Positions 30,950 through 42,106 are shown, numbered from the stretch's first letter. The stretch: DNA of 64,000 nucleotides from Candidatus Dormiibacterota bacterium (GCA_963709585.1 CAVPXI010000013.1:148148-212147), one strand, 5' to 3'. Notes: a model not told the origin generated them from the letters alone. Translations and numbers: made by a program.

Positions 30950-31249
30950 TCACCACTGGTTCCACCCTGAATCGAGCGACGTAGTCACCTCGGGTGCGCC
31001 CTCGAACAGCCTCCCGAAGAAGTCCTGGATTCGCGGGTCACCAGCGAACGCCTCCGCTTGGTCGGCGCTCTGCCAGACATCGATGCCCAAGAAATCCCGC
31101 TCGTCCCCCGGGTTGAGAAGAACTGCATGCGAGATGTCGCCGGCCTGGACGGCCATGTCGTTTGTAGCCCCGGTGACCTGGTCGTGGACCGCCCGCATGG
31201 ATTTGATGTCGCCCTTGAGCCGGCCTCGGATCGTGATCGTGACTGCCAT
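30950..31249 (-). CDS. Small dimeric alpha+beta barrel (ABM-like) protein
   Basis: 99 aa; GDISHAV...FLGIDVWQSADQAEAF...FFGRLFEGAPEV pattern. Confidence 0.65.
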   Translation of the reverse strand: MAVTITIRGRLKGDIKSMRAVHDQVTGATNDMAVQAGDISHAVLLNPGDERDFLGIDVWQSADQAEAFAGDPRIQDFFGRLFEGAPEVTTSLDSGWNQW

Positions 31250-31283
31250 GGGCTGACCATAGCCCGCTGAGTTTGGAGAAACT

Positions 31284-32117
31284 TTGGCGGTGTTGCGGAT
31301 CTACCTCACCGGGGAGCTCTGCCTGTGGCACGGCCACCGGCTCGTCGCCGCGGACCGCCTGCCCGGCCGGCAAGGGCGGCTCACGTTTGCGTATCTGACC
31401 AGCGAGCGGTTGCGGCCGATTCCACGCGACGAGCTAGCCGAGGTCATCTGGCCTTCGCAGCCGCCAGTCGCATACGGCATTGCGTTAAGCGCGGTTATCA
31501 GCAAGCTCAGATCGCTCCTTGTGGATCTGGGGCTTCCGCGTCGCGTTCTGGCTTCGGCCGATGGCTGTTATCACGTGTCACTGCCTCAGGATGTTTGGAT
31601 CGATACCGAGGTGGCCGTCGAGGCAGCGCATCTGGCTGAGGAGGCATGGCGATCAGGCGATCCGCGGAAGGCGTACGGACCTGCGGTGGTCGCCGCCGCA
31701 ATCCTGCGGAGACCATTCTTGCCGGGCGCCGACGGCGAATGGGTCGACGCTCGCAGGCAGATCCTGCAGCGCGCGAACCTCCGCGCGCTCGGCGTGCTCG
31801 CAGAGCTGCATTCGTGGAACAGCGAAGCCGCCCTCGCGGTACGCGCGGCCGAAGAGATGATCGCGCTCGAGCCTTTTCGCGAGAGCGGGTATGGGCTGCT
31901 GATGCGCATCCACCAGCGCAACGGCGATCGAGCTGAGGCGCTGAGGGTTTACGAGCGTTGCCGACGGCTCCTTGCCGACGAGCTCGGCGAACGGCCGGGA
32001 CCGGCGATCGAAGCTGTGCGCGCAGAAATCGCTGGCGAGGCAACTGCGGCCAAACGGCCACCGGCCCAATCATCAGCCTCCCATGAAGAAGGCCGCGGCT
32101 CCCGAGCACCCCGGTGA
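31284..32117 (+). CDS. SARP/BTAD-domain transcriptional activator
   Basis: wHTH (RDELAEVIW) and BTAD (LEPFRESGYGLLMR...ALRVYERCRRLLADELGERP). Confidence 0.9.
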   Translation: MAVLRIYLTGELCLWHGHRLVAADRLPGRQGRLTFAYLTSERLRPIPRDELAEVIWPSQPPVAYGIALSAVISKLRSLLVDLGLPRRVLASADGCYHVSLPQDVWIDTEVAVEAAHLAEEAWRSGDPRKAYGPAVVAAAILRRPFLPGADGEWVDARRQILQRANLRALGVLAELHSWNSEAALAVRAAEEMIALEPFRESGYGLLMRIHQRNGDRAEALRVYERCRRLLADELGERPGPAIEAVRAEIAGEATAAKRPPAQSSASHEEGRGSRAPR

Positions 32118-32398
32118 GTTGCTGAGTCGTCCCCGCCAGCCGGGGCGAGGCCGCTGGCCATGAGCAGCTCGTGCGCAAGCTCGGCCGGGACGCCCGGACC
32201 TGCTGTTTGCGCCAGCGTTGCGGAGCCAACGCTCAGCCGCAGCCTGATCAAGGGCGGCGAAGGGCTCTTCTTCGTTGCGGTTCCTGAAGCGGTCGTGGTC
32301 TTTGAGTGTACTTGGCCAGCGCGTTCGGGCACCAGTGCACTGATCCACACGTCGAGGCCAGACCCGAGGTAGCCGGAGCCTGTTCGGCAAAATTGAGA

Positions 32399-32589
32399 TT
32401 GGCTGTGGACGCAGGGCGAGTGGTGGACGCGTCATGGACGTCAGATGGACGGGCGGCAGGAGACGGGGGTCTCCCGCGCGAGTACCACCGGCGCGCACAG
32501 AATTGATCTCTCTTATCGGTTCGGTGCCGCTGCGTGAGGGGGTTGTTCTCAGGGAATGGAGCGATGCGGCTGCATTCGCGTTCGGGTGA
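32399..32589. repeat. Family B repeat copy 4, preceded by a degenerate tRNA-end-like stretch
   Basis: TTGGCTGTGGACGCAGG (compare TTGGCTGAGGAGCCAGG at 27521), then GTGGACGCGTCATGGACGTCAGATGGACG, hairpin and downstream block. Confidence 0.88.
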
Positions 32590-32604
32590 GCGGGTGTTCC
32601 GCGT

Positions 32605-33099
32605 TTAGACGCCGCCGCCGACGCTGTTGGTCGTGGTCCGGCGAAAGGTCGCGCGTGATGACGACGGCGACACAAGTGCGATGAAGATGACCGCGTTCAC
32701 CGTGACGGTCACGGTCCCTGGTATCGGGGTCGTGGCGATCCTGACGAACAGGACTCCGATGGCGATCCACACGACGCAGAAGAGCAGCGCGCTGATGAAC
32801 ATAGTCCGCGTCAGTAGCCACCTCGACCCCACCGTCCACAGGCCCCATCCACCCATCATGGCGATCACGATGCCGACTCCGACGACCCACCCGCCGATCG
32901 GGGGGTCGCCCGGAGGGTCGTTCACGATGCCGGGCAGGCCGCTGCCGCCGCGCAGCACGATCAAGCCGCCCACGACAAGGAGGGTGCCGAGAAGCAGCCA
33001 CCAGACACTCTCAATCCCGAGCAGCAAGCGCGCGATGGCGACGCCGCGAGGAATCGGTGCTGCCCGTGGCCGATCGGTCAACACGCTGTGCTCATCCAT
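32605..33099 (-). CDS. Four-helix membrane protein of unknown function
   Basis: Four long hydrophobic segments. Confidence 0.6.
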   Translation of the reverse strand: MDEHSVLTDRPRAAPIPRGVAIARLLLGIESVWWLLLGTLLVVGGLIVLRGGSGLPGIVNDPPGDPPIGGWVVGVGIVIAMMGGWGLWTVGSRWLLTRTMFISALLFCVVWIAIGVLFVRIATTPIPGTVTVTVNAVIFIALVSPSSSRATFRRTTTNSVGGGV

Positions 33100-33264
33100 C
33101 GCCTTAGGTTGATCCTGCGCGCGCGTACAGATCGACAGAGGTATGTGCACGAAATTCACAGGAAACCGTAAGGCAAGCGTAACGACCGCGCAAGGTCGCG
33201 CCCGCATAGTCCTGCTCAGTGCTGCTCGGCATCCTGCCAGGCGCCGCCCGTCGGAGGTTCAGCG

Positions 33265-35076
33265 ATGATCGCGTTCGGATACCTGGGTGACGAGCTGCGC
33301 CGTCGCTGGGGTCGAACTGTCGTGACCGCACTTGGCCTGGCCGCAGGTGTTGGTCTCGTTATGGGAATCATCGGCGTGTCCGCTGGCCTGAGTGCGGCGC
33401 AGAACCAGGCATTGTCACCGCTGTCGTCGGTCGGCACGGACATCATCGTCACCAGAACGGTGGGAGCGACGACGACAGCGGCCGCAACACCGAGCCCATC
33501 CCCCGGGGCAACCCAGGGCGGAGGCGGGGGCGGCGGCGGCTTCTTTGGCCCTGGCGCTGGTGGCGCTGGGGGCGGTGGCGGTGGCGGTGGCGGTGCCGGC
33601 CTCGGAGGTGCCTCTTCTACCATTAGCCAACTCAATACCGCCGACCAAGCGGCGTTGCTGAATGCGAACTCGTCAGTGCTGACCGATCTCGCCAAACTTG
33701 GCCCGGCAGGGACGGCATTCGTGCACGACTTCTTCGTTCCCGGGACGCTCATCACCTTCCCCCAGGTTGCTGTTCAGGATGTCGCCTCCGTTCCTGGCGT
33801 GGAATCCGCGGTACCCGGACTCTCGTTGCAGGCGATTCATGAGTCGGGGACGGTGCCGCAGATCACTGATACGGTGACCACCGGCGGACAGACGATCACA
33901 TCTGTTGAGAAGCCCGCGCCGCTCACCGCCGCCGAACAGAAGTCGGTGTCCGCCTGCATCCAGGCCGCGGGAGGCTTCACGCGGCCCTCACCGGGAGCCA
34001 CGCCAAACCCCGGGGGCGGCGGTGGGGGTCGCGGATTCGGTGCGGCTTTTACGAAGTGCCTGCCAGCCCGTTTCCAGCAGTACGAAGCCAAGGTGGTGGT
34101 GCCGACTCAGACCATCACCCGCATCCTCAACCCGCCGACCACGAACACCCAGACCAAGACCTACACCGCCGCGGCGGTGGATCCGACAAACACAACCACG
34201 GGGCTCATCACCAGCGCGCAGGTCGTGTCGGGCAGCTGGTTCTCCTCGACGCCCGCCGATGAGATTCTCGTCAACACCGCCTATGCCTCGAGCAACAGCA
34301 TCAAGGCCGGTCAGACGATGACCATCAACGGCACGGTGTACACGGTTCAAGGGTTGGTGGCCCCCACGCTCACCGGCGACGTGTCGGACCTCTACTTCGA
34401 TCTGACCACCCTGCAGTCGCTGTCGACCAACTCGTCGCGGGTCAACGAGGTCCTCGTCAAGGTGTCCAAGGCGAGCGATGTCGATGCAGTTGCCGCAGCG
34501 ATCAAGGCCAAGCTCCCCGGAGCTCAGGTGCTTACCGCGAAGTCGCTCGCCAATCAGGTCACCGGGAGTCTGGCCAACGCGCAGACCATCGCGGCCAACC
34601 TCGGGGGCGCAATGGCAGTGATCATCCTGCTCGCCGCGTTCCTCATCGCCGCCCTGCTCACCACGTCATCTGTCAGCAAGCGTGTCCGCGAGATTGGCAC
34701 GCTTCGCGCCATCGGCTGGCGCAAGGGCAGGGTCGTGCGTCAGATCATGGCCGAGACCATTGGCATCGGCATCGTTGGGGCGGTGATCGGCGTGCTCGCC
34801 GGCCTCGGCGTCGCGGAGGCCGTCAACCTCTTCGGGCCGACACTGACATCAACGACGTCGGGCTTGTCCGTTGGTGCGTCGACGGCCAGCACTCTCTTCC
34901 ATCAAACGACCACGGCGTCGACCAGCCAGTCGCTGCACCTCCAAGCGGTGATCACGATCACGACCGTGCTCCTGGGCGTCGGGTTCGCGCTCCTCGGCGG
35001 ATTGGTCGCGGGCGCGCTCGGTGGTTGGCGAGCGGCGCGACTGTCGCCTGCGATCGCCTTGCGAGATCTGGGATGA
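33265..35076 (+). CDS. MacB/FtsX-family ABC permease with Gly-rich extracytoplasmic domain
   Basis: RRWGRTVVTALG N-terminal TM, SVSKRVREIGTLRAIGW, RAARLSPAIALR. Confidence 0.92.
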   Translation: MIAFGYLGDELRRRWGRTVVTALGLAAGVGLVMGIIGVSAGLSAAQNQALSPLSSVGTDIIVTRTVGATTTAAATPSPSPGATQGGGGGGGGFFGPGAGGAGGGGGGGGGAGLGGASSTISQLNTADQAALLNANSSVLTDLAKLGPAGTAFVHDFFVPGTLITFPQVAVQDVASVPGVESAVPGLSLQAIHESGTVPQITDTVTTGGQTITSVEKPAPLTAAEQKSVSACIQAAGGFTRPSPGATPNPGGGGGGRGFGAAFTKCLPARFQQYEAKVVVPTQTITRILNPPTTNTQTKTYTAAAVDPTNTTTGLITSAQVVSGSWFSSTPADEILVNTAYASSNSIKAGQTMTINGTVYTVQGLVAPTLTGDVSDLYFDLTTLQSLSTNSSRVNEVLVKVSKASDVDAVAAAIKAKLPGAQVLTAKSLANQVTGSLANAQTIAANLGGAMAVIILLAAFLIAALLTTSSVSKRVREIGTLRAIGWRKGRVVRQIMAETIGIGIVGAVIGVLAGLGVAEAVNLFGPTLTSTTSGLSVGASTASTLFHQTTTASTSQSLHLQAVITITTVLLGVGFALLGGLVAGALGGWRAARLSPAIALRDLG

Positions 35077-35780
35077 CGACCATGGATGTGGCGACCCCTC
35101 TCTACCAGCTCCGGGGCGTCGAACGGCGCTATCTCAAGGGTGCCGCGGAAGTAGTCGCGCTCCGCGATGTCGACCTCGAAATCACCCGGGGCGAGTTCAT
35201 CTCCATCGAAGGGCCCTCCGGTTCGGGCAAGAGCACACTCCTCCAGCTCGTCGGCGCGCTCGACACGCCGAGCGCCGGAACAGTGCAATTTGACAACCAG
35301 GATCTGTCCAGAGCTCGGGATCGCGCCTTGACGGACATCCGTGCGACCCGGATCGGCTTCATCTTCCAGCAGTTCAACCTGATTCCAACCTTGAGCGCGG
35401 CCGACAACGTGGCCATCGCCGTCGACCCCCACGTCTCCAAGTCCGAGCGCCGTGTGCGAGCCCTGGAGTTGCTGGCCTCAGTCGGGCTGGCGCCGCGGGC
35501 TCATCACCTGCCTTCGCGCATGTCGGGTGGCGAGCAGCAACGTGTCGCCATTGCTCGGGCGCTCGCGAACCGTCCGGAGGTCATCGTCGCCGATGAGCCC
35601 ACGGGAAACCTCGACTCCAAAAGCGCCGCCGACGTCATGGCGCTGCTGGTGGGCTTGCGATCGGAGACAGGGGTCACGGTGATCGTCGCCACCCACGACG
35701 AGGAGGTCGCCAAGCATGCCAGCCGCCGCATTCGGATCCGCGACGGCGCCGTCGTATCCGATACAGCCGCGCAGCAATGA
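35073..35780 (+). CDS. LolD/MacB-type ABC ATP-binding protein
   Basis: GPSGSGKST, GFIFQQFNL, MSGGEQQRVAIARAL, ADEPTGNLD; ATGA overlap with the permease. Confidence 0.95.
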   Translation: MTTMDVATPLYQLRGVERRYLKGAAEVVALRDVDLEITRGEFISIEGPSGSGKSTLLQLVGALDTPSAGTVQFDNQDLSRARDRALTDIRATRIGFIFQQFNLIPTLSAADNVAIAVDPHVSKSERRVRALELLASVGLAPRAHHLPSRMSGGEQQRVAIARALANRPEVIVADEPTGNLDSKSAADVMALLVGLRSETGVTVIVATHDEEVAKHASRRIRIRDGAVVSDTAAQQ

Positions 35781-35876
35781 CCACCTGTGGCTGCTAGCCG
35801 GCTCGCTAACTACCGCCCGTACAAGCCGCTCGGGTGGCCGCGCTGGCTCCGCGACCGCGACAGAGGCTCGTGCGCC

Positions 35877-36173
35877 ATGACCGACAGACCGCGCCCGCCG
35901 ACCGAAGACGAGCGGTTGGCCTTTGATGCTGCGACGCGGGGGTCTCCCAGGGAGTTCGTCCGCATCTGTCGCCGGGCTGGCAAAGAGCCGGGACGCATGC
36001 TCGATAGGTTTGACGCGACGCCGTGGCGTTGGTTGTACTACTTCTCGCCCTCGGACTTGGTGAGCGACGGGATGCGAACCCTGCCCTACCCACCAGAGAT
36101 CCGAGCACGACTCGACGCTACTCGCAAATATGTCGAGACCCCAAAATGGCGGCGCGCGCTTCTGCATCAGTAG
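35877..36173 (+). CDS. Hypothetical protein
   Basis: 98-aa ORF with protein-like composition; no motif recognised. Confidence 0.4.
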   Translation: MTDRPRPPTEDERLAFDAATRGSPREFVRICRRAGKEPGRMLDRFDATPWRWLYYFSPSDLVSDGMRTLPYPPEIRARLDATRKYVETPKWRRALLHQ

Positions 36174-36547
36174 ACGTGGCGCCCGTTGCCGCTACGGTCA
36201 CGCGCCTGCGCGACCAGGGGGCAATACCGTCGCCGACCCGGGACCCGTCTGGCGATGCCAGCACGAGCATGGCAGCAGCGCGTGTGTGCGATGCGGCATC
36301 TGGTAACCGTTGCGCTTCATCCGCGACGTCTGGAGGTACTACCGATGACCGACACGGAGCAGACACTCGTCCTCTGGCCGTATCCGCACGCACTTTGGTT
36401 GTGGTAGACGTAGCCCTCGCGCGGGTGATAGTCGAGCGAAGTCATATCCGTGTGGAACGCTGCAACCTTGGCCACTTGCTTCCGAGTTCCCTCTCCCAGG
36501 AACGACGTCTGTTCGCTACCGCACCGAGCGGCCGGAAGCATGAGCGC

Positions 36548-36739
36548 ATGCTCACAATCACGTTGCTGCTCTGCCCGTGGTGTCACTCCACCCGGCTCGT
36601 TCTGCTGACGTACACGGTGCCAGCCGTCGAAGGGACACGCGGTCTGCCCGAGACACGGCCGAGCGCGAAGTGCGTCGCGTGCGGGCACGCGCTGCTCGCG
36701 CGAGACGTCCTCGTGCGCATGTTGCCGAGGTCAGACTAA
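36548..36739 (+). CDS. Small putative Zn-ribbon protein
   Basis: CPWC...CVAC pairs in 63 aa; ends just before family B copy 5. Confidence 0.45.
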   Translation: MLTITLLLCPWCHSTRLVLLTYTVPAVEGTRGLPETRPSAKCVACGHALLARDVLVRMLPRSD

Positions 36740-36767
36740 GTTGTGGCGATCGTGTCGGCGTTTCATT

Positions 36768-37000
36768 CCGTCTCAGGCGCAGCGTGGACGTCTCATGGAC
36801 GTTTGATTGACGGGGCGGCGGGAGACGGGGGTCTCCCGCGCCAGTACCACTACGTCTGCGGGAGTTGATTTCTCTTATCGGCTCGGTGCGGCTGCGTGAC
36901 GAGGTAGCTCGCGGGAAGGGAGCGATGCGGGTGCAGTAGCGTTCGGGCGATGATCACCGAGCCGGGTTCATCTGACACCGGCCTGGTGAGATAACGCTCG
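36768..37000. repeat. Family B repeat copy 5 (long form)
   Basis: Aligns end to end with 27566-27800, including the identical GATGATCACCGAGCCGGGTTCATCTGACACCGGCCTGGTGAGATAACGCTCG. Confidence 0.95.
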
Positions 37001-37417
37001 AGTGGCGCAGTGTTCACGAAGTTCACCGAGACAACTGGAACAGCCGGCTCGGATCTCCCGGCAGAGCGCACTGCCTTCCAGAAGGAGCAATGGGAGTCGC
37101 TCCAGAGGGTGGTTGAGACGGAGCGTTAGCGGGAAGACCGACCTTGCCAACCTCGTCAATCGCTAATACATCCCCATCGGGCCGCGGAGTGAAATCTGGT
37201 CGGCTGAGCAAGGCCGAGGTTTCGCGCCTGAGCAGAGATTTGAGTGGCAAGCGACGGCATGCCCACTCGTCGCGAATCTCCTGTCTGGCGCGGGATCAAA
37301 ATCGGGGTCACGCCGGAATGGAAGATTGCGAGGCGGCATCGGGCGACCGGATAATCACCCAACTTCGGCCTCGACCCGCCGGCACGCTTCGACAATCGCG
37401 ACGCCCGAGGAGGTGTC

Positions 37418-38341
37418 ATGCAAGCCATCACCGTTCGAGATCGCGCTGCCGGTGTCGGCGGTCTCTCCTTGACTGACATCCCCTACCCGCACGCCACCCA
37501 GAACGATGTCATCGTGCGGGTGCATGCTGCGGGCTTCACGCCCGGTGAGCTGGACTGGCCGTCGACATGGACCGACCGCGCTGGGCACGACCGGACGCCG
37601 AGCGTGCCTGGCCACGAGCTGTCGGGAGTCGTCGTCGAGTTGGGACACGGAACCACCGGCCTGGCCGTCGGTCAACGGGTGTTCGGCATGACCCCCTGGA
37701 CTCGCAACGGCTCCCTTGCCGAGTATGCCGCGGTGGAGGCCCGCAACCTCTCTCCCCTTCCAGCTGACATCGACCACACCGTGGCCGCAGCTCTGCCCAT
37801 CTCGGGACTGACCGCGTGGCAGGGGCTGATCGACCACGCTCGCATTACGGCCGGCCAGACGGCTCTGATCCATGGCGCCGCGGGCGGTGTCGGCTCGATC
37901 GCGGTGCAGCTCGCGCGCGAGGTTGGAGCCCGAGTGATTGGTACGGGTCGGGCGGCGGACCGCGACACAGCGCTCGGCTTGGGAGTGGATGCTTTCATGG
38001 ACTTGCAGGCCGACAAGCTTGAAGACGCCGGCGAGGTTGACGTTGTGTTCGACGTGATCGGCGGCGAGATCCTCGACCGCTCGGCTGCGCTGGTGCGCGC
38101 CGGTGGCACGCTCGTCACCACCATCAGGGTGCCCACGGTCCAACCCAAGGGCGGGCGCGCTGTCTTCTTCGTCGTCGAAGCCGACCGTTCCCGGCTGGCG
38201 GACCTCGCCCAGCGGCTCAGGGATGGCCGGCTCAAGCCGATCGTCGGCGATGTGCGGCCGCTCGCCGAAGCGCCTGCTGCGTTCGCCCCCGACCGGCGCA
38301 CCCCCGGCAAGACGATCATTCGTATCATCGAAAGCGGATAG
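37418..38341 (+). CDS. NADP-dependent MDR/quinone oxidoreductase-like protein
   Basis: PGHELSGVV, GLTAWQGL, LIHGAAGGVG. Confidence 0.92.
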   Translation: MQAITVRDRAAGVGGLSLTDIPYPHATQNDVIVRVHAAGFTPGELDWPSTWTDRAGHDRTPSVPGHELSGVVVELGHGTTGLAVGQRVFGMTPWTRNGSLAEYAAVEARNLSPLPADIDHTVAAALPISGLTAWQGLIDHARITAGQTALIHGAAGGVGSIAVQLAREVGARVIGTGRAADRDTALGLGVDAFMDLQADKLEDAGEVDVVFDVIGGEILDRSAALVRAGGTLVTTIRVPTVQPKGGRAVFFVVEADRSRLADLAQRLRDGRLKPIVGDVRPLAEAPAAFAPDRRTPGKTIIRIIESG

Positions 38342-38690
38342 CGTCCGAAGGGAGTTTCGATGGCTTCTGGTACCCCCGCCTCAGCTCCTGCGCATCGCGA
38401 CCGGCCTGGGCAGCCTCGTCAATCGTCGTAATACGACCCCATCCGAGCCATCGGGTGAGATCGGTCTCGGCTGCGCGCAATGTGCCGCACGCGGGTGTGC
38501 TTTCCAGACGGCAGGCTCCCTCATGCTCATCCAGCCCGCGTCTGGATTGCTCTGATCGTCGCCGCAACTCGGGAGTCGGCCGTCGAGTAAATCGGCGTGC
38601 CGTGAGCGGTCACTAGACCCATGGCGCAACCCGACACCGTTCGGTCCACCAGTGGTTTGCCGCAGTCCTCGGCGGCGAGGGTCGACGGGG

Positions 38691-39164
38691 TTACTTCCAG
38701 CCGATCACCGCTCCGTGAATCAGCTTCGTCAAGTCATGCACTTCGCGGGTGAGCGTCGTGTTCAAGTCGACCATCCCCGTGAGCCTGAGCTCTAGGTCCC
38801 TGATCTGCCGCCCCTGGGCCTCCAGGTTGGCAAGCGTCGCTTCGAGGTTCCGCTCGGAGCGATTGGACGAGGCCCCAACCAGGAAGCCGATATAGAGTTC
38901 GGCGACCGTGGTGACAAGGTTAAGCGGAAAGTTGAAGCCAGTTGACGTGAACCAGGCGGGCAGCCAGGTGCCACTGGCAATCTTCTCTCCGCCGACGGCG
39001 AACAGCAATGTCCAGCCGACCACGAGGACGATCCAGATGGCGATATTGGTGGGCGTCCCCATCCCGTAGCTGACCTTGTCGGCAACCCGCTGGAACAGTG
39101 AAAGTCGCTCAGATGGCGGAGCGGGGGTTTGCGCGCGGGGCTTGAGAACCGTGCTGTTGGACAT
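38691..39164 (-). CDS. DUF1003-like membrane protein
   Basis: RVADKVSYGMGT, two TM helices, C-terminal coiled coil ending NTTLTREV. Confidence 0.65.
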   Translation of the reverse strand: MSNSTVLKPRAQTPAPPSERLSLFQRVADKVSYGMGTPTNIAIWIVLVVGWTLLFAVGGEKIASGTWLPAWFTSTGFNFPLNLVTTVAELYIGFLVGASSNRSERNLEATLANLEAQGRQIRDLELRLTGMVDLNTTLTREVHDLTKLIHGAVIGWK

Positions 39165-39820
39165 GCCGTCACCTTGTACTCACGGGTCTGCATGGCTCTT
39201 CTCTGAGGTAGGCGACCCAGGGACCGCAGGATGGCAGAGAACGGGTAAAGGAATCGGACCCGGAATCCTGTCGGCCCCACGGGTGAAGCCGCCCCCGGCG
39301 GCCCCCGCACCGGCCTTGCGAGCGAGTGCTGATTGTCCGCGGCAGTGAGCGCGATCGCTATACGGTCGCCGATCGCGCGACGAGACCCGTGAGACCGGAG
39401 TCGCCTTCGTGACCTGGCAAGATCCTCGGCAATGTGCCCCTAATGGGCCGAACGCTTGGCCGAGAATCGGCGGAGCAGAGCATCGACATGGCTGGGCGAT
39501 TTGGACGGTGGTCGTAGAGGCGGACCGTCTGCTTGACTTGGTGACCGTGCGGGCGTAGCGTCGTCCACGGCAGAGGCCGACCTCGAGTCTGAGCGAGCTG
39601 GCACGGTGCGAGCTGCATGACGACTGGGCGATCGACCTCGCGAGGTAGCGGGATGGTCGGTGTGCTCGGTACCCGGAGGGGGATCGCACGGTCGCGTCCG
39701 TGTACCGCCTCTGGATCCCGAACGGACGTCGTTTTGCTTGAGGATAGCTTCGGTCTGGCCAGCGACGAACTCGAGCGTCGCTATATCTGTTGCGGGCAAT
39801 GGCGAGTATGAGGAGTGCGC

Positions 39821-41065
39821 ATGTCTGTCCAAGCACAAACCACTGGTGTCGGTCAAGTCACAATCGATAGCGACGACGCCGAGGAAGTCAGGCCGTTTCA
39901 CATCGAGGTGTCTGACGAGGACATCGCTGATCTTCGCCGGCGCATCGCGGCAACGCGGTGGCCCGATCGCGAGACCGTCACAGACGACTCACAGGGTGTG
40001 CGGCTAGAGGTGATGCAAGACCTCGCCCGTTACTGGGCAACGGAGTACGACTGGCGCAAGTGTGAGGCGAAACTCGCTGCGCTCCCCCATTTCGTGACGA
40101 CCATCGACGGGCTCGACATCCATTTCATCCATGTTCGATCCCAGCACGAGGACGCCCTGCCGCTGATAGTGACGCACGGATGGCCAGGCTCGATCATCGA
40201 GCAGATGAAGATCATCGAGCCGCTCACTAATCCCACTCAGCATGGAGCTAGCGCGGAGGATGCCTTCCATCTGGTGATCCCGTCGCTCCCGGGCTACGGG
40301 TTCTCCGGCAAGCCGACGACGACCGGGTGGGATCCCACCCGCACCGCGCGTGCCTGGGTCCTTCTCATGAAGCGTCTCGGGTACGACAAGTTCGTTGCGC
40401 AAGGCGGCGACTGGGGTGCGGCGGTGACCCAGGCCATGGGTGAACAGGCCGCTCCGGAGTTGCTCGCCATCCACTCCAACATGCCCGGTACCGCCCCGCT
40501 CGACATTGTGCCGGGATTCGAGCGTGGCGACCCGCCGCCGTCAGGTCTCTCAGCGGAAGAGACGCGCGCGTACGAGCAGTTGCGCACGTTCTACACCAAG
40601 CACGTCGCCTACGCACAGATCATGGCAACGCGCCCGCAGACGTTGTACGGGCTGGCGGACTCCCCTGCCGATCTAGCGTCGTTCATTCTCGACCACGGGG
40701 ACGGCACCGGACAGCCCGGGCTCGTGGAGAAAGTCCTTCGGGGAGAAACCGTTGGCGACCTCACTCGAGACGACATCCTGGACAACATCACCCTCTATTG
40801 GCTGACGAACACGGGGATATCCTCGGCTCAACTCTATTGGGAGAACAAGGCCGACTTCTTCAACGCCAAGAACATCACCATCCCGTTTGCGATCAGCGTC
40901 TTCCCCGATGAGCTCTACGCGGCGCCGCGGAGTTGGGCTGAACGTGCGTATCCCAACAACCTCATACACTTCAAGGAGCTCGACCGAGGCGGTCACTTCG
41001 CTGCATGGGAGCAGCCCCAACTGTTCTGCGAGGAGATGCGCAAGTCGTTCCGGTCGTTGCGCTGA
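39821..41065 (+). CDS. Epoxide hydrolase (second paralogue)
   Basis: [24 protein letters not shown]. Confidence 0.95.
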   Translation: MSVQAQTTGVGQVTIDSDDAEEVRPFHIEVSDEDIADLRRRIAATRWPDRETVTDDSQGVRLEVMQDLARYWATEYDWRKCEAKLAALPHFVTTIDGLDIHFIHVRSQHEDALPLIVTHGWPGSIIEQMKIIEPLTNPTQHGASAEDAFHLVIPSLPGYGFSGKPTTTGWDPTRTARAWVLLMKRLGYDKFVAQGGDWGAAVTQAMGEQAAPELLAIHSNMPGTAPLDIVPGFERGDPPPSGLSAEETRAYEQLRTFYTKHVAYAQIMATRPQTLYGLADSPADLASFILDHGDGTGQPGLVEKVLRGETVGDLTRDDILDNITLYWLTNTGISSAQLYWENKADFFNAKNITIPFAISVFPDELYAAPRSWAERAYPNNLIHFKELDRGGHFAAWEQPQLFCEEMRKSFRSLR

Positions 41066-41516
41066 TGGAAGTTCAGTAATCACACTGGGATAGCAATCTC
41101 CCCGCCCAACACGATCGTGAGGGACCGTGACATCGGGTGGCTGAGACGGATTTCCACGCCGCCGGTGCATCCGACACAACTTCTCGGGGCGCAAAGGTCC
41201 TCAACCTCGTCTTCGCTGCCGTCGCAATCGTCATCATGTTGGTTAGCGCAGCGGTGGTCTTCGATGCGCCACGGTCCTTTCACATTCCTCCTTCATTCTC
41301 TTCGTCGTACCCGCCATCGCCGAGATCTTCTCCCTAGGCTTGGTACTCGTCGCCCTGGTTCGCACGCAGGCTGCGCCCAGCGAGGTGTCTGGCGTGCTCT
41401 TCTTCGGTCTTGAAGTTCCTCTCGGGGTTGTTGATACAGCCCGACGGAGTCAGTGGCGGGGCGTACAGTCGCTCACGGCAGGTGTCGTTGACGGCTCAGA
41501 GCATCGGGTGGACAAC

Positions 41517-41990
41517 TCATCTGACGAGATAGACCTCGTAGATCACACCTCCGGGTTGTCGGCCTCCCACGCTGACGAATATGCCTCTGTTCAACCAGTC
41601 GAGGCTGTCGGCCCCGGTCTCGATTGTGGCTGAGGTGCGGAAGGTGTATTCACTTGGGTCGACGTCTCCCCCGCGTCCGAGACGTTCGAGAACCTCCGGG
41701 GGTCCGTGGCGCACACCGTGTGATTGGACGTAGAGCAGGTCTCCCTGTTCGGTTTTCAGCGTGTAGCGGACGTCTCCGAGCGTGGTGCCGTCCGGAAGAA
41801 TGATCTGCCAATCGGCGCTGGCCACGGGAAGCAGTGTCCCGCGCAGTTCCGGTCCGCTGAAGGTCCCGCCGGTCAGTGGAACGATGCGCCGCTGACCGGC
41901 GGAGATCTGGCCGACGTCTTGGGGTTCGCCAACGGTCGCTTCCAATCGGTAGACCAGGTTTAGGCGAGGATCGGGAAGATGACTGTTCAC
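41517..41990 (-). CDS. DUF3237 family protein
   Basis: RRIVPLTGGTFSGP...ADWQ...DPSEYTFRT...WLNRGIFV. Confidence 0.85.
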   Translation of the reverse strand: MNSHLPDPRLNLVYRLEATVGEPQDVGQISAGQRRIVPLTGGTFSGPELRGTLLPVASADWQIILPDGTTLGDVRYTLKTEQGDLLYVQSHGVRHGPPEVLERLGRGGDVDPSEYTFRTSATIETGADSLDWLNRGIFVSVGGRQPGGVIYEVYLVR

Positions 41991-42106
41991 GGCCTCACTC
42001 CTGATTTGGTCTCGGTCGCTTCAAGATTTGAGCGGCGATGCCAGCGGTCAGCGGGGTCTGGACGAAGGCCCGACCTATGAGGCGGCTCGCCCGGGGCGGC
42101 AATGCG

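Noticed and set aside
33515-33610. GGC/GGT-rich tract as a DNA repeat element
   Set aside because: It encodes a poly-Gly linker within the ABC permease.
17518-37000. Classical integron attC sites
   Set aside because: No RYYYAAC/GTTRRRY ends or long imperfect palindrome seen, no intI, and the modules are multi-gene in mixed orientation.
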